Shown here: one piece after another, positions 50,026 through 60,188 of the stretch | Position numbering within the stretch: position 1 is the first letter of the stretch | Layout: each line of letters begins with the position of its first letter | Notes under the pieces: generated by a model | What the model was told of the DNA's origin: nothing | Seen by the model: only the letters and a program-made list of their open reading frames with translations | The model's database searches: none | Source of the DNA: Acidimicrobiales bacterium | GTDB taxonomy: Bacteria; Actinomycetota; Acidimicrobiia; Acidimicrobiales; WLNW01 | Length of the DNA stretch: 64,000 bases | Assembly (NCBI GenBank): GCA_039934635.1 | Contig: JBDTLT010000003.1 | Span: forward strand, 16,460-80,459 | Direction: 5' to 3' | Program-made: the position numbers and the translations under genes

Positions 50026-50886
50026 TCAGCCCATGCACTCGTTCGCGAACGCTTCCATCCCGGCGCGCTTGGCCGAGAGCGATGCCGCGGACGGATCACC
50101 CATCGCCCATCCGACGCACACCGTCGCCGTGACGCCCTTGTCCTCGAGGGATCGATAGAGATCACGGCTCGGCATGGCGTTGGGGATCACGAGTGTCTCG
50201 AACGGGACACCTGCATCCCCGCCGGCGTCGACGTGGCGGGCCCGCGCCGCGCGCAGTTTCGGCAGCAGTCGGTCGATCTCGTCGAGGTCGTAGTTCATGC
50301 CGACCCAACCGTCGTTGCGGGCCGCGCGCCGTAGCGCGGCGTCGCTCTTGCCCCCGACCCAGATCGGGATCGGTTGTTCGGGCGCAGGGAACATGCTCGT
50401 CGGCCCGAAGTCGTAGAACTCACCGTGGAACTCGGCGGTGCCGCTGCGCCAAAAGCCGCGGATGATCTCGATCATCTCGTCCATGCGCTTGCCGCGACCG
50501 CGCGGTTCATAGCCGAGCACCACGATCTCTTCACGCAACCAGCCCGCGCCCGCACCGAGAACGAATCGGTAGTCGGACAGCATCGCCACCGTGCCCGCTT
50601 GTTTGGCGACCGAGAATGGATCACGCATCGGCAGGATGTACACGTAGGGCATGAACCGCAGGTGGGTGGTGACCGCGGCCATGGCGGCGATCGTCGTGAG
50701 CGGATCGGGAAAGTTGGTACGCGGGTCGAACGGGTTGTTGCCCGAGGGATGCACCGACGTGAAGCCCTGGGGCACCGCGATGTGATCAGCCACCGCGATG
50801 CCGGCGAAACCGATCTCCTCCGCTGCGCGCGCGATATCGAGCAGCTGAGAATTGTCTTCGAACATCACCGCGAGCCAGAAGTCCAT
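50026..50886 (-). CDS. LLM-class F420-dependent oxidoreductase
   Basis: AEEIGF..VADH, GAGWLREE, IPIWVGG..ALRRAA; cofC present in window. Confidence 0.88.
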   Translation of the reverse strand: MDFWLAVMFEDNSQLLDIARAAEEIGFAGIAVADHIAVPQGFTSVHPSGNNPFDPRTNFPDPLTTIAAMAAVTTHLRFMPYVYILPMRDPFSVAKQAGTVAMLSDYRFVLGAGAGWLREEIVVLGYEPRGRGKRMDEMIEIIRGFWRSGTAEFHGEFYDFGPTSMFPAPEQPIPIWVGGKSDAALRRAARNDGWVGMNYDLDEIDRLLPKLRAARARHVDAGGDAGVPFETLVIPNAMPSRDLYRSLEDKGVTATVCVGWAMGDPSAASLSAKRAGMEAFANECMG

Positions 50887-50899
50887 GAGAGCAGACTAC

Positions 50900-51805
50900 T
50901 TAGCTGGCTCCCCGCTCTGAAGGGCCGCTCGGGCCCGCTTTCGGCGCGGCTTTGGCGAGCATCACGTCGCGACCGAGTGCCGGCTCGATGAACGCGGAGA
51001 AGTCGGGGCCGCGGCGTAGCGAATGGCCACCGTCGACGTTGATGATCTGGCCAGTGACCCAACGGGCCTCGGGGCTGATCAAGAAGCGGGCCAGTGCCGC
51101 CACGTCTTCGGGCTCGCCGACGTCTTGCATCGGCGTGTTCTCGATGTAGCTGTCGTAAACCGGGCTGTTGCGAGGAATGCCTTCCATGATCTCCGTCGAG
51201 ATGAATCCGGGTCGGATGGCGTTGAAACGCACCTTGACCGGACCGTATTCGTCGGCGGCGTTGCGCATCATCTGTTCGATACCCGCCTTGGACACGGTGT
51301 ACGCGCCGAAATAGGGATGCGTTTGATGACCCGCGATCGACGACATCCCCACGAAGGAACCGCCACCGGCGGCCACCATGTGCGGGATCGTGTGCTTCAC
51401 GAAGAACAACGTCCCCAACACGTTGAGATGCAGCACTCGGATGAACTCTGCGGTGTTCTGCAGGTGGTACGGGCCCATCCCCCCACCGCCTCCCGCATTG
51501 GCGATGCAGCCGTCGAGCGACCCGGTCGGCACGAGCGCGAAATCGACGACTCGCTTCACCTCGTCCTCGTCAGTGACATCAGCAACGATGCGCTGGACGC
51601 GACCGGCGCTGCCAGTCTGCGCGATGACCGCCTCGATCTGTTCGACCGATTCGACGAGCAAATTCTCGCGCCGGCCACAGATGGTTACCGCCGCCCCGTC
51701 GCGCGCGAGCCGCGCCGCGCACGCCCGGCCGATGCCCGTGCCTCCTCCGGTGACGATGACCGCGAGCCCTTCGAGGCCCCCGTTCGGAGTCGTTGGTTCT
51801 GTCAT
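50900..51805 (-). CDS. SDR family oxidoreductase
   Basis: TGGGTGIG, YTVSK. Confidence 0.9.
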   Translation of the reverse strand: MTEPTTPNGGLEGLAVIVTGGGTGIGRACAARLARDGAAVTICGRRENLLVESVEQIEAVIAQTGSAGRVQRIVADVTDEDEVKRVVDFALVPTGSLDGCIANAGGGGGMGPYHLQNTAEFIRVLHLNVLGTLFFVKHTIPHMVAAGGGSFVGMSSIAGHQTHPYFGAYTVSKAGIEQMMRNAADEYGPVKVRFNAIRPGFISTEIMEGIPRNSPVYDSYIENTPMQDVGEPEDVAALARFLISPEARWVTGQIINVDGGHSLRRGPDFSAFIEPALGRDVMLAKAAPKAGPSGPSERGAS

Positions 51806-51898
51806 GACCGCTCCTTCGCGCGGGAGAACGCGCCTATGGTCTCCCCCGGCAGAGCCGGGAAACTAGCCGCCCCAGCCGTCCGATGAAGGAGCCCACAC

Positions 51899-52705
51899 AT
51901 GCAGAATCCACTCGACGCCTACAGCCTCGCTGGCAAGGTCGCGGTCGTGACCGGTGCCGCGAGCGGCATCGGTGAATCCGCCTCCGAGGTATTTGCCGCG
52001 TGCGGGGCAGCAGTCGTGTGTGCCGATCTCAACGCCACCGGTGCCGGGGCCACCGCGCAACGCATCACCGACGCCGGCGGTCGCGCCCTGGCCATGGCGT
52101 GCAACGTGACGTCACGCGACGACGTGCGCACACTCGTCGACAAGGCGGTCACCGAATTCGGGCGCATCGACGTGATGTGCAACGTCGCCGGCGCGATGTT
52201 CCCGGGCCAACTCGAGGACCTCACCGACGAAGTACTCGACGCCGGCATCGGGCTCAACCTCAAGGGTGTCATCTACGGCACGCAGCACGCCATCACCGCC
52301 ATGCGCGCTGCAGGCAACGGCGGTTCGATCATCAACGTGTCGTCGGGCGCCATCGATATGCCCGTCGAAGGCATCAGCCTGTATGCGTTCACCAAGGCCG
52401 CGGTCGCGATGCTGTCGATGTCCGTTGCCAAAGAAGTCGGTCGATACGGCATCCGCGTCAACGCCATCGCTCCTGGGTCGACCCTCACCGCGTTCACCAC
52501 GTGGCGTCTACAGAACCCCGACGGCACCACGAACCAAGAGGCCTACGACGCGTTCATCGAACGAATGAAAAGCATGTCGCCCCTCGGATCGATCGGCGAA
52601 GCCGTCGACCAGGCGCAGCTGATGCTCTATCTGGCGTCCGACGCGTCGCGATGGGCGACGGGGCAGATCTGGCGCGTCAACGGTGGCCAGACTTCGCAGT
52701 GGTGA
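51899..52705 (+). CDS. SDR family oxidoreductase
   Basis: TGAASGIG, YAFTK. Confidence 0.9.
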   Translation: MQNPLDAYSLAGKVAVVTGAASGIGESASEVFAACGAAVVCADLNATGAGATAQRITDAGGRALAMACNVTSRDDVRTLVDKAVTEFGRIDVMCNVAGAMFPGQLEDLTDEVLDAGIGLNLKGVIYGTQHAITAMRAAGNGGSIINVSSGAIDMPVEGISLYAFTKAAVAMLSMSVAKEVGRYGIRVNAIAPGSTLTAFTTWRLQNPDGTTNQEAYDAFIERMKSMSPLGSIGEAVDQAQLMLYLASDASRWATGQIWRVNGGQTSQW

Positions 52706-52723
52706 CTACGGTGGTCGCGCTGC

Positions 52724-53902
52724 TCACCTCGGCGCTCGCGGCATGCCCAAACCGACCATTGCGATGATCTCGCGCTGTACTTCGTTGACGCCGCCGCCGA
52801 AGGTGCCCACCGGGGCAGCACGATACGCGTGCTCGAGTTCGCCTTCGATGATCGCGGCCGGCGAGTACTTGGCGATGTACGAGCCTTGCCCGAGGACTTC
52901 CATCAGCGAACGAAACGCCTCGATCTTGAGTTCGGTGCCGAACACCTTCATCGCCGAAGCATCGGCCGGGCTGAGCGCCGCGGACTCGAGCGCGGATGCG
53001 ACCTTCCAGTTGTAGAGCTTGAGCGCGTCGTTGCGGGCCCAGACCCGCGCCAGCGCGAGTCGCACCCACTGATGATCGATCACTCGGCGACCGTCACTGC
53101 TGGTCGTCTCTTTCGCCCATGCCGTGACCCGTCGCAAGGGACCGTCGATGTTGCCCGATGGCGCGAGTCCGACGCGCTCGTGGTTGAGCTGCGCGGTGAT
53201 CAGTCGCCAACCACCATTGACCTCTCCGACCACCGCGCTGTGCGGCACGCGCACACCGTCGTAGTACGTCGCGTTGGTGTGACCGCCACCCAGCAGCCAG
53301 ATCGGCGAATGCGCGAACCCCTGGGTCGCCGTGGGCACAGTGAAGATCGTGATGCCCTTGTGCCGCGGTGCGTGCTGGTCGGTGCGCGCCGCCAGCCACA
53401 CGTAGTCGGCGTCGTGGCCGCCGGTGGTGAAGATCTTTTGCCCGTTGATGACCCACTCGTCGCCATCACGGTCGGCGCGCGTGGAGAGGTTGGCGAGATC
53501 GGTGCCCGCACTCGGTTCGCTGTAGCCGATCGCGAAGTGCAACTCACCGGCGAGGATCTTGGGGAGGAAGAACTGCTTTTGTTCTTGTGATCCGTACACC
53601 TGCAACGCAGGGCCGACTGTGTTGAGAGTGACAAATGGCAGCGGCACGTTGGCGGCCATCGCCTCTTCGAAGAATATGAGTTGCTCCATGGGCGTATAGC
53701 CCTTGCCGCCCCACTCCTTCTTCCAACCCGTGCCCAACCATCCGTCGCGGCCGAGGCGGCGCACGATGGCGCGGTAGTTGACTCCGCCGGCGTGCTCGCC
53801 TTTGCCGAGCGAGCGGCCGAGGTCGGACGTCATCAATGCCGCGAAATATTCACGGAGTTCGTCGCGCAAGGCGTTTTGCTCGGCGGTGAGGGCCAGGTCC
53901 AT
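52724..53902 (-). CDS. Acyl-CoA dehydrogenase (FadE26-like)
   Basis: FAIGYSEPSAGTDLA, QLNHERV, TFGGGVNEVQRE. Confidence 0.9.
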   Translation of the reverse strand: MDLALTAEQNALRDELREYFAALMTSDLGRSLGKGEHAGGVNYRAIVRRLGRDGWLGTGWKKEWGGKGYTPMEQLIFFEEAMAANVPLPFVTLNTVGPALQVYGSQEQKQFFLPKILAGELHFAIGYSEPSAGTDLANLSTRADRDGDEWVINGQKIFTTGGHDADYVWLAARTDQHAPRHKGITIFTVPTATQGFAHSPIWLLGGGHTNATYYDGVRVPHSAVVGEVNGGWRLITAQLNHERVGLAPSGNIDGPLRRVTAWAKETTSSDGRRVIDHQWVRLALARVWARNDALKLYNWKVASALESAALSPADASAMKVFGTELKIEAFRSLMEVLGQGSYIAKYSPAAIIEGELEHAYRAAPVGTFGGGVNEVQREIIAMVGLGMPRAPR

Positions 53903-54121
53903 CGAGGCCACCTTAGTTTCCCGCGGCACCTGAGGGCCCGCCGAGTACCACGGTCCGTGGGATAGGTCCTCTCGCAGGAGCGTGTTCACCACACTCGGTG
54001 AGTTCGACGGCCACATCTGGCTGTCTCACCCCCTGTTTATGCTGCAAGCGCGAGCGCTTGTGGGCCTGCGTGATGGCCACTTCGAAGAATCGTCTCATCG
54101 ATCGGTGGGACTGTCGTTGGA

Positions 54122-55159
54122 GTGGTCATGGTTGTTGCTGAGTTTTCTCGTCGATCGTCATCGTTGCGCGCCGCGGTTGTCGATGCGGTACAACGGTTCT
54201 CGAGGGACATGTCGGGTTTCATCTCCCTGTTGGTCGACTTCGACCTCTCCGGTGAGTGGGCCTTCGACAACGTGGCGAGTTGCGCGCATTGGGTTGCAGA
54301 GCGCACCGACAACGAGGTGTCCACCGTGCGCGAGTGGCTGCGGGTCGGCCACGCCCTATCCGTTCTCGACGAGATCGCGCGCCGTTTCGCTGACGGCCGC
54401 TTGTCCTATAGCAAGGTGCGCGCGCTGACCCGACTCGCCGATGCCGACAACCAACACGAGCTCTGCGCGATCGCCGCGCGCGTCCCCGCCGCCGGTTTGG
54501 CGGTGGCGCTGGCCCGTTGGCTCAAGGATCACGAAAGCGGCGATGCCCTCGCCAAGCGCCACCGAGCGGCGACCAAGCTCAGCTGGCACCTCGATGTCGA
54601 CGGCATGAACATCGGATCGTTTCGGTACCCACCACAGGTGTTCGCCGTTGTCAAAGCAGCGGTCCACGCCCAGATGGCGCGCGCTCTGCGTGGTAAACGC
54701 GCGACCGCGGGACCAGGTTCCTCACGTAGCGTCGACAAATGGCCGTCGCTTGGCCAGCAACGAGCCGACGCCCTTCTCACGTTGATCCTCGGTGGGGGCG
54801 CCAAGGTCGCGGCCGAAGTCGTCATCCATGTCCGCGGCGATGGCTGCACTTTCGACGACGGCACCCCCATCGCCGACAGCGTCGTAGAGCGGCTCATCAC
54901 CGACGCGTTCCTCAGGGTGCTGATCCACGATGCCGAAGGCCGACCGATCAACGCGTCGGGCCGGCAGAGGCATCCGACTACACGGCAGAAACGGGTCGTC
55001 CGCGAGCGCGACCGCGTGTGTGTCGACTGCGGATCAACCGACCTATTGCGCTACGACCACGTCCCCGACTACGAACAGAGCCGTCACACCGTCGTGGACG
55101 AACTCGAACTCCGCTGTGCACCCTGCCACCACAAACGCCACGCGGCCAACGGCGGTTAG
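54122..55159 (+). CDS. DUF222 (13E12 repeat family) HNH endonuclease
   Basis: SCAHWV, GRLSYSKVRAL, QRADAL, VRERDRVCVDC..DH..CAPCH. Confidence 0.8.
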   Translation: MVMVVAEFSRRSSSLRAAVVDAVQRFSRDMSGFISLLVDFDLSGEWAFDNVASCAHWVAERTDNEVSTVREWLRVGHALSVLDEIARRFADGRLSYSKVRALTRLADADNQHELCAIAARVPAAGLAVALARWLKDHESGDALAKRHRAATKLSWHLDVDGMNIGSFRYPPQVFAVVKAAVHAQMARALRGKRATAGPGSSRSVDKWPSLGQQRADALLTLILGGGAKVAAEVVIHVRGDGCTFDDGTPIADSVVERLITDAFLRVLIHDAEGRPINASGRQRHPTTRQKRVVRERDRVCVDCGSTDLLRYDHVPDYEQSRHTVVDELELRCAPCHHKRHAANGG

Positions 55160-57537
55160 AGCCAGGCCGGGCGCGTGCCGATGACGCGCTCGTCGCGCAA
55201 CGCGTCGATCTCGTCGTCGCTGAGGCCGAGGATGCCGGACAACACCTCGTGGTTGTGCTCTCCCAACGTCGGCGCGGGTCGACCGAAGGGCAGAAAGTCG
55301 CCGTTCCAACGGAAGGGGAAACTCATATAGGGCGTCCAGCCGGCGATGGCGTGTTGCATCCATTGGTGAAACTGGCGCACTTGGTGATGCGGCGTATTGC
55401 CCACGAAGTACGCGTTGTTCAACGGGGCCGCCGGTACGTGCGCCGAGATGAGCGTCTCGGCTGCGAGATCGCGCGGCCGTTCCGCAAACCACGGCCGCAG
55501 GTTGTCGTCGATCTCGTCATGGTGCGCGTGACGGCCCGCGGCCGAGGCGAAGCGCGCGTCGGCCGCCCACTCGGGGTCGCCCAAGGCCGTGCGCAGCCGC
55601 GCCCATTCGTCGTCGGTCTCGATCGACAGCGCCACCCACCAGTCGGGCTCGAGCGCCGGATACACGCCTTGCGGCGCCGCGTAGGGCGAGCGATTGCCGT
55701 GGCGCTCGAGCAACACGCCGTTGGCGGTCCACTCGATCACCTGCTCGGCCGCGATGTTGAGCGCGGGCTCGATGAGTGCAACCTCGATCAACTGGGCTTC
55801 GCCCGTGCGTTCACGATGCTCGAGCGCGAGCATCATGGCGAAGGCCGCGTGCATGCCGCCGACCGGATCGCACACGCCGCGCGGCACCATCGGTGGGCCA
55901 CCGGCGTGACCGGTCATCCATGCCAGTCCCGATGCCTGCTCGATCGTCATCGCGAAACCGGTGCGCTCGCGCCATGGTCCCGACAATCCGAAGGCGGGCA
56001 TGCGACACATGATGGCGTTGGGATTCATCTGGTGGACCTCGTCCCAACCGAGGCCGAAGTGCTCCATCACGCGCGGGGCGTAGTTCTCTACAACGAGGTC
56101 GGCCCACTCGACCATGCGACAGGCCAAGTCGTGGCCCTTGGGACTCGAGACATCAGCGGTCACGTCGCGCTTACCGACGTTGACCGAATGGGTAACGGGC
56201 GAAAATTCCCACACGTTGTCGGGACGCCGAATGCCACCGGCAAACCGCATGCCGTCAGGACGTTGAATCGATTCGATCTTGACAACGTCGGCACCCAGCG
56301 CGCCGAGGATATTGACGGCAACCGGCCCCGCCCAAAATGCCGAGAAGTCCGCGACCTTGATCCCCTCGAGGGGCAGCTTGCGTTTGTCCCGCCGTGCCCG
56401 CGGCAACGAGGCGCGGCGATTGCGTATGCGCTCGGTGTCCTCTCCGAGCTTCGGTGCGCGGCCAAAGGGCACGGGTGGGACTTTCGACAGCAGGTACGGC
56501 ACGCGCGGCTGCTTGAAGCCGGCCGGATTGTCGACGAACACCTCTCGTTCGAGGAACTGATCCATCTCGAGCACGGTGCGACCGTCGCCGATCGGGCTCA
56601 CGGGTATGCGCATGGCGCTGGCGAGCTCGACGATCTCGTCGATCGTGTGCGCCTGCGTGAACTCGCGGATCTTCGACCAGATTCGCTCGCGGTTGGCCAT
56701 GCGCGCCTCCGCGAACATCAGCTCGGGCACCGCGAGTTCGGGCGCGCCGATGAGATGACAAAAGTCGGTGAACTGCTGTGCGGTGATCGTGCAAAATCCG
56801 ACCCAACCGTCCTTTGCCGGCTCGATCGACGGGATCTCGAAACTGCGCCCCAACCAACGTCCGGGGTCGTATACCGCAGTCACCTGCCGAAATACTTGGA
56901 ACGACAGCATCATCGATTCGTGCTGCGAAAGATCGACATGTACGCCCACGCCCGACGCGCGCGCTTGGCGCACCGCCGCGAGGGCGGCAGGCGCGGCGAA
57001 CGAGGCCAATGCGTACTCGCCGAGTCGACCCGCGGCCGCGACCGGTTCGTGACCGGGGATGCCGCGGTAGTCCGTCGAGCCGACTTGTGCCTGCAACGTG
57101 AACTCGTTGGCAGTGCGGTTGCTCCACGGCCCGCCCCGGCCAAAGCGCGAGAGCGAGATCAGCGAGACCCGTTTGTTGGCGGCGTGAAGATCGGACAACG
57201 CGAGGCCAAGGGACTCGATCTCGCCGGGCTCGAAGTCCTCCACGACGAGCTCGGCTTTTGCCGCCAACTCGAGCACGAACTCACGCCCTTCGGTCGTCGC
57301 GAGATCGGCGATCACGCTGCGCTTGGACGCGTTGAGATAGGCGAACATCGGGCCCACCTCGTCGCCCTCGAACGTCGCGCCCGAGGCGGACCAGTGCCGC
57401 ATGCGATCACCGGTCGGCGCCTCGACCTTGATGACCTCCGCGCCGGCATCGACGAACAATTTGGTGCAGTACGGCCCGGCGATGCCAGACGTCAGATCGA
57501 CGATGCGCAGGCCGTCGAGAATTGGTCGACCACTCAC
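55156..57537 (-). CDS. Fused two-domain class III CoA-transferase
   Basis: Two CaiB/BaiF repeats (LDGLRIVD..GAEVIKVE; LEGIKVAD..GADVVKIE). Confidence 0.9.
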   Translation of the reverse strand: MSGRPILDGLRIVDLTSGIAGPYCTKLFVDAGAEVIKVEAPTGDRMRHWSASGATFEGDEVGPMFAYLNASKRSVIADLATTEGREFVLELAAKAELVVEDFEPGEIESLGLALSDLHAANKRVSLISLSRFGRGGPWSNRTANEFTLQAQVGSTDYRGIPGHEPVAAAGRLGEYALASFAAPAALAAVRQARASGVGVHVDLSQHESMMLSFQVFRQVTAVYDPGRWLGRSFEIPSIEPAKDGWVGFCTITAQQFTDFCHLIGAPELAVPELMFAEARMANRERIWSKIREFTQAHTIDEIVELASAMRIPVSPIGDGRTVLEMDQFLEREVFVDNPAGFKQPRVPYLLSKVPPVPFGRAPKLGEDTERIRNRRASLPRARRDKRKLPLEGIKVADFSAFWAGPVAVNILGALGADVVKIESIQRPDGMRFAGGIRRPDNVWEFSPVTHSVNVGKRDVTADVSSPKGHDLACRMVEWADLVVENYAPRVMEHFGLGWDEVHQMNPNAIMCRMPAFGLSGPWRERTGFAMTIEQASGLAWMTGHAGGPPMVPRGVCDPVGGMHAAFAMMLALEHRERTGEAQLIEVALIEPALNIAAEQVIEWTANGVLLERHGNRSPYAAPQGVYPALEPDWWVALSIETDDEWARLRTALGDPEWAADARFASAAGRHAHHDEIDDNLRPWFAERPRDLAAETLISAHVPAAPLNNAYFVGNTPHHQVRQFHQWMQHAIAGWTPYMSFPFRWNGDFLPFGRPAPTLGEHNHEVLSGILGLSDDEIDALRDERVIGTRPAWL

Positions 57538-57573
57538 GATGCCCCCTTGTGGTGTGCGGGGATCGTAGTTGGG

Positions 57574-59190
57574 TCAGCCGAGCGCCGATTGCCGCGGATA
57601 CTCGTCCTCGGGGTCGGTGATGACATTGACGAGATAGGGCACCCCCGACTGGAACGCGCGGGCGAGCGCGGGGGCGAGCTCTTTCGCGTGCGTGACGATC
57701 TCACCTGCACCCCCCAGTGCTTCGACGACACGGTCGTAGCGGGTTTCCGGTCGCAGTTCGGCCGCGACGTGATAGCCGTAGAGCTTGGTCATCGGGAATT
57801 TCTCGAGTGCCCAGCATCCGTTGTTGCCCACGACGACAACCACCGGCAGACCGTGGCGCACGAGCGAGTCGATGTCGAGCAGCGAAAAGCCGGCGGCTCC
57901 GTCGCCCATCATCACGACGACCTGCCGATCGGGATGCGCAATCCGCGCGGCCATGGCGTAGCCCATGCCGGTACCGAGGCAACCGTAGGGGCCGGGGTCG
58001 AGCCAGCAGCCCGGCTCGTACGAATCGATGTACTTGCCCGCGTACGACACGAAATCCCCGCCATCGCAGACGACGACGGCGTCGCGCTCGAGCAACTTGC
58101 GCAGCTCGCCGTAGATGCGGGTGGGTTTGATGGGGTCGCTGTCCGCGCCGAGCAACGGAGCGTCGTGGACATCGAGCGCTCGTTCCGCGTCGCGCAGGTG
58201 CGTGATCCAGGCTTCGTGGTCCTCCCGCGGCCCGCGATAGTCCGCGAATGCCTGCAGGATCAGCGCGAGATCGCCCGCTGCCGCGACAGCAGGCGTGATG
58301 TGGGTCGCGACGCGGTCGGGGTGATCGACGATGTGCGCGACCTTTGCGTCGCCAAAGCTGCCGAAGCCGACGCGAAAATCGAGCGGCGTACCGATCACCA
58401 CGACCACGTCGGCATCACGTTTGAGCATCGAGCGGGAACTGCTGAACGCCAACTCGTGGTCGGCAGCCAGACACCCGCGACCGAGGCCGTTGAGATAGAC
58501 GGGCACGCGCAACCATTCGGCCGCGGCGCGCAGGGCGCGCCAGGCCCCTTCGAAATAGACGTCCGAGCCCGCGATGATTGCGGGTCGTTGTGCCGTGGCG
58601 ATCATCGCCGCGGCACGCGCTACCGCATCGCTGTCGGCCTCGGGTCGCCGCGGGGGCGGGCGATCGGGCAACACGACGGTCGCGCGGTCGTAGATGACGT
58701 CGATCGGTATGTCGACGAAGACGGGGCCGCGATGGGCGGTGGCGGCGGTCTCGGCCGCGGTGTGCATCACGTCGGCGATGGCGCTCGTCTCGCCGATCGT
58801 TGTGGCGAGCTTGGTGATCGGCGCCATCACGGGCACGTGATCGAACTCTTGTAACGCGCCCCTGCCCCACCCGCGGTTGCCGGCGCGCCCGCCGATCACC
58901 ACGAGGGGCGACCCGTTGAACCACGCGGTCGTCGTGGCGCTCACGCCGTTGGTCACGCCCGGCCCCGCGGTCAGCGCGACGACACCGGGTCGGCGCGTCA
59001 GCTTGGCCATCGCCTCGGCCGCAAACGTGGCCGTCTGCTCGTGGCGCACGTCGATCAGCCTCACCGCGCCGCTGACGGCCGCGTCATAGAGCGGAAAGAT
59101 GTGGCCGCCTGACAGCGTGAAGAGCTCCTCGACGCCAAAGCGACGCAGCGCGGCCAGGGCCAGCTCTCCCCCATGCCCCGTGATCTCCAT
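57574..59190 (-). CDS. TPP-dependent enzyme (IlvG/acetolactate synthase-like, HACL/Oxc-related)
   Basis: DVRHEQ, TAGPG, DPGPYGCLG, MGDG..NN TPP motif. Confidence 0.88.
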   Translation of the reverse strand: MEITGHGGELALAALRRFGVEELFTLSGGHIFPLYDAAVSGAVRLIDVRHEQTATFAAEAMAKLTRRPGVVALTAGPGVTNGVSATTTAWFNGSPLVVIGGRAGNRGWGRGALQEFDHVPVMAPITKLATTIGETSAIADVMHTAAETAATAHRGPVFVDIPIDVIYDRATVVLPDRPPPRRPEADSDAVARAAAMIATAQRPAIIAGSDVYFEGAWRALRAAAEWLRVPVYLNGLGRGCLAADHELAFSSSRSMLKRDADVVVVIGTPLDFRVGFGSFGDAKVAHIVDHPDRVATHITPAVAAAGDLALILQAFADYRGPREDHEAWITHLRDAERALDVHDAPLLGADSDPIKPTRIYGELRKLLERDAVVVCDGGDFVSYAGKYIDSYEPGCWLDPGPYGCLGTGMGYAMAARIAHPDRQVVVMMGDGAAGFSLLDIDSLVRHGLPVVVVVGNNGCWALEKFPMTKLYGYHVAAELRPETRYDRVVEALGGAGEIVTHAKELAPALARAFQSGVPYLVNVITDPEDEYPRQSALG

Positions 59191-59287
59191 GGGGCGTCAC
59201 CCTAGAGTGCCGCTACCCGGACCGCTCGGGCGCACGATGCCGCGGTTTCGTAAGGAACTGCCCAGCTCGCCCGGAGGACGCTAACGT

Positions 59288-60133
59288 GTGCCGCCGATGC
59301 AGAGCGATGTGAGCGCATCGAGCGACTTGGTCGCCCCACGAACGACTACCGAGACCTCGGTGGTTCCGACGCTGCGATTGCGGTGGTGGCGCGAAGTCGG
59401 CATCGTCGCCAGCTTCTACGGCATCTACACGGCGGTCCGCAATCTGTTCGGTTCGGCGTCGGTGAGCCCCGACCACGCACTCGAGCACGCCCAGCAGGTC
59501 ATCCGCCTCGAGCGCGCGGTCGGCCTGTTCCATGAGCAAACGGTGCAGGGATGGTTCCTCGGCTGGTCGTGGTTCATGTGGTTCTGGAACGTCTTCTACG
59601 GGACGTTCCACTTCGTCGTCACGATCGCCGCGCTGCTCTACCTGTTCCATCGGGTGCCCGATCGATACCGCCAGTGGCGCAACACCCTCGCCGCCACGAC
59701 CGCGTTGGCCCTGATCGGCTTCAGCCTCTACCCACTGATGCCGCCCCGACTACTCAGCGTGTGCGGGGAGTACGGGGGCTGCACGAACACCAGCTTCGTC
59801 GACACGCTGCAGCGCTTCGGCGGGCTCTGGTCGTTCGATTCGGGCACGATGCAGTCGATATCCAACCAGTACGCCGCGATGCCGAGCCTTCACTTTGCGT
59901 GGTCGACGTGGTGCTGGCTCGCCCTGCGACCGGTCGTCCAACGGCGATCCGTGCGAGTCGCACTGGCGGTCTACCCCTGGCTCACGCTCTTCGCCATCGT
60001 GGTCACGGCCAATCACTTCTGGATCGACGCCGCGGGCGGGGCGTTGGCCCTGGCCGTCGGCTACGCGTTCGGGTCGGTCATCACCCGTGCCGCGGCCCGC
60101 TGGCGCCTGTCTGGCGCTCTGTCGATCCGCTGA
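59288..60133 (+). CDS. PAP2-like (AUR1/IPC-synthase-like) membrane phosphatase or transferase
   Basis: PLMPPRL, YAAMPSLH, TANHFWID. Confidence 0.85.
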   Translation: MPPMQSDVSASSDLVAPRTTTETSVVPTLRLRWWREVGIVASFYGIYTAVRNLFGSASVSPDHALEHAQQVIRLERAVGLFHEQTVQGWFLGWSWFMWFWNVFYGTFHFVVTIAALLYLFHRVPDRYRQWRNTLAATTALALIGFSLYPLMPPRLLSVCGEYGGCTNTSFVDTLQRFGGLWSFDSGTMQSISNQYAAMPSLHFAWSTWCWLALRPVVQRRSVRVALAVYPWLTLFAIVVTANHFWIDAAGGALALAVGYAFGSVITRAAARWRLSGALSIR

Positions 60134-60188
60134 GTTCCCCTCGCCCGGCGACGGCGGAGCAGTCGTCCCGGGGGTTAGCCTGGAACGG

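Noticed and set aside
54739-58854. 1371-aa + strand ORF
   Set aside because: Antisense shadow of the CoA-transferase and TPP enzyme genes; no recognisable motifs; common in GC-rich DNA
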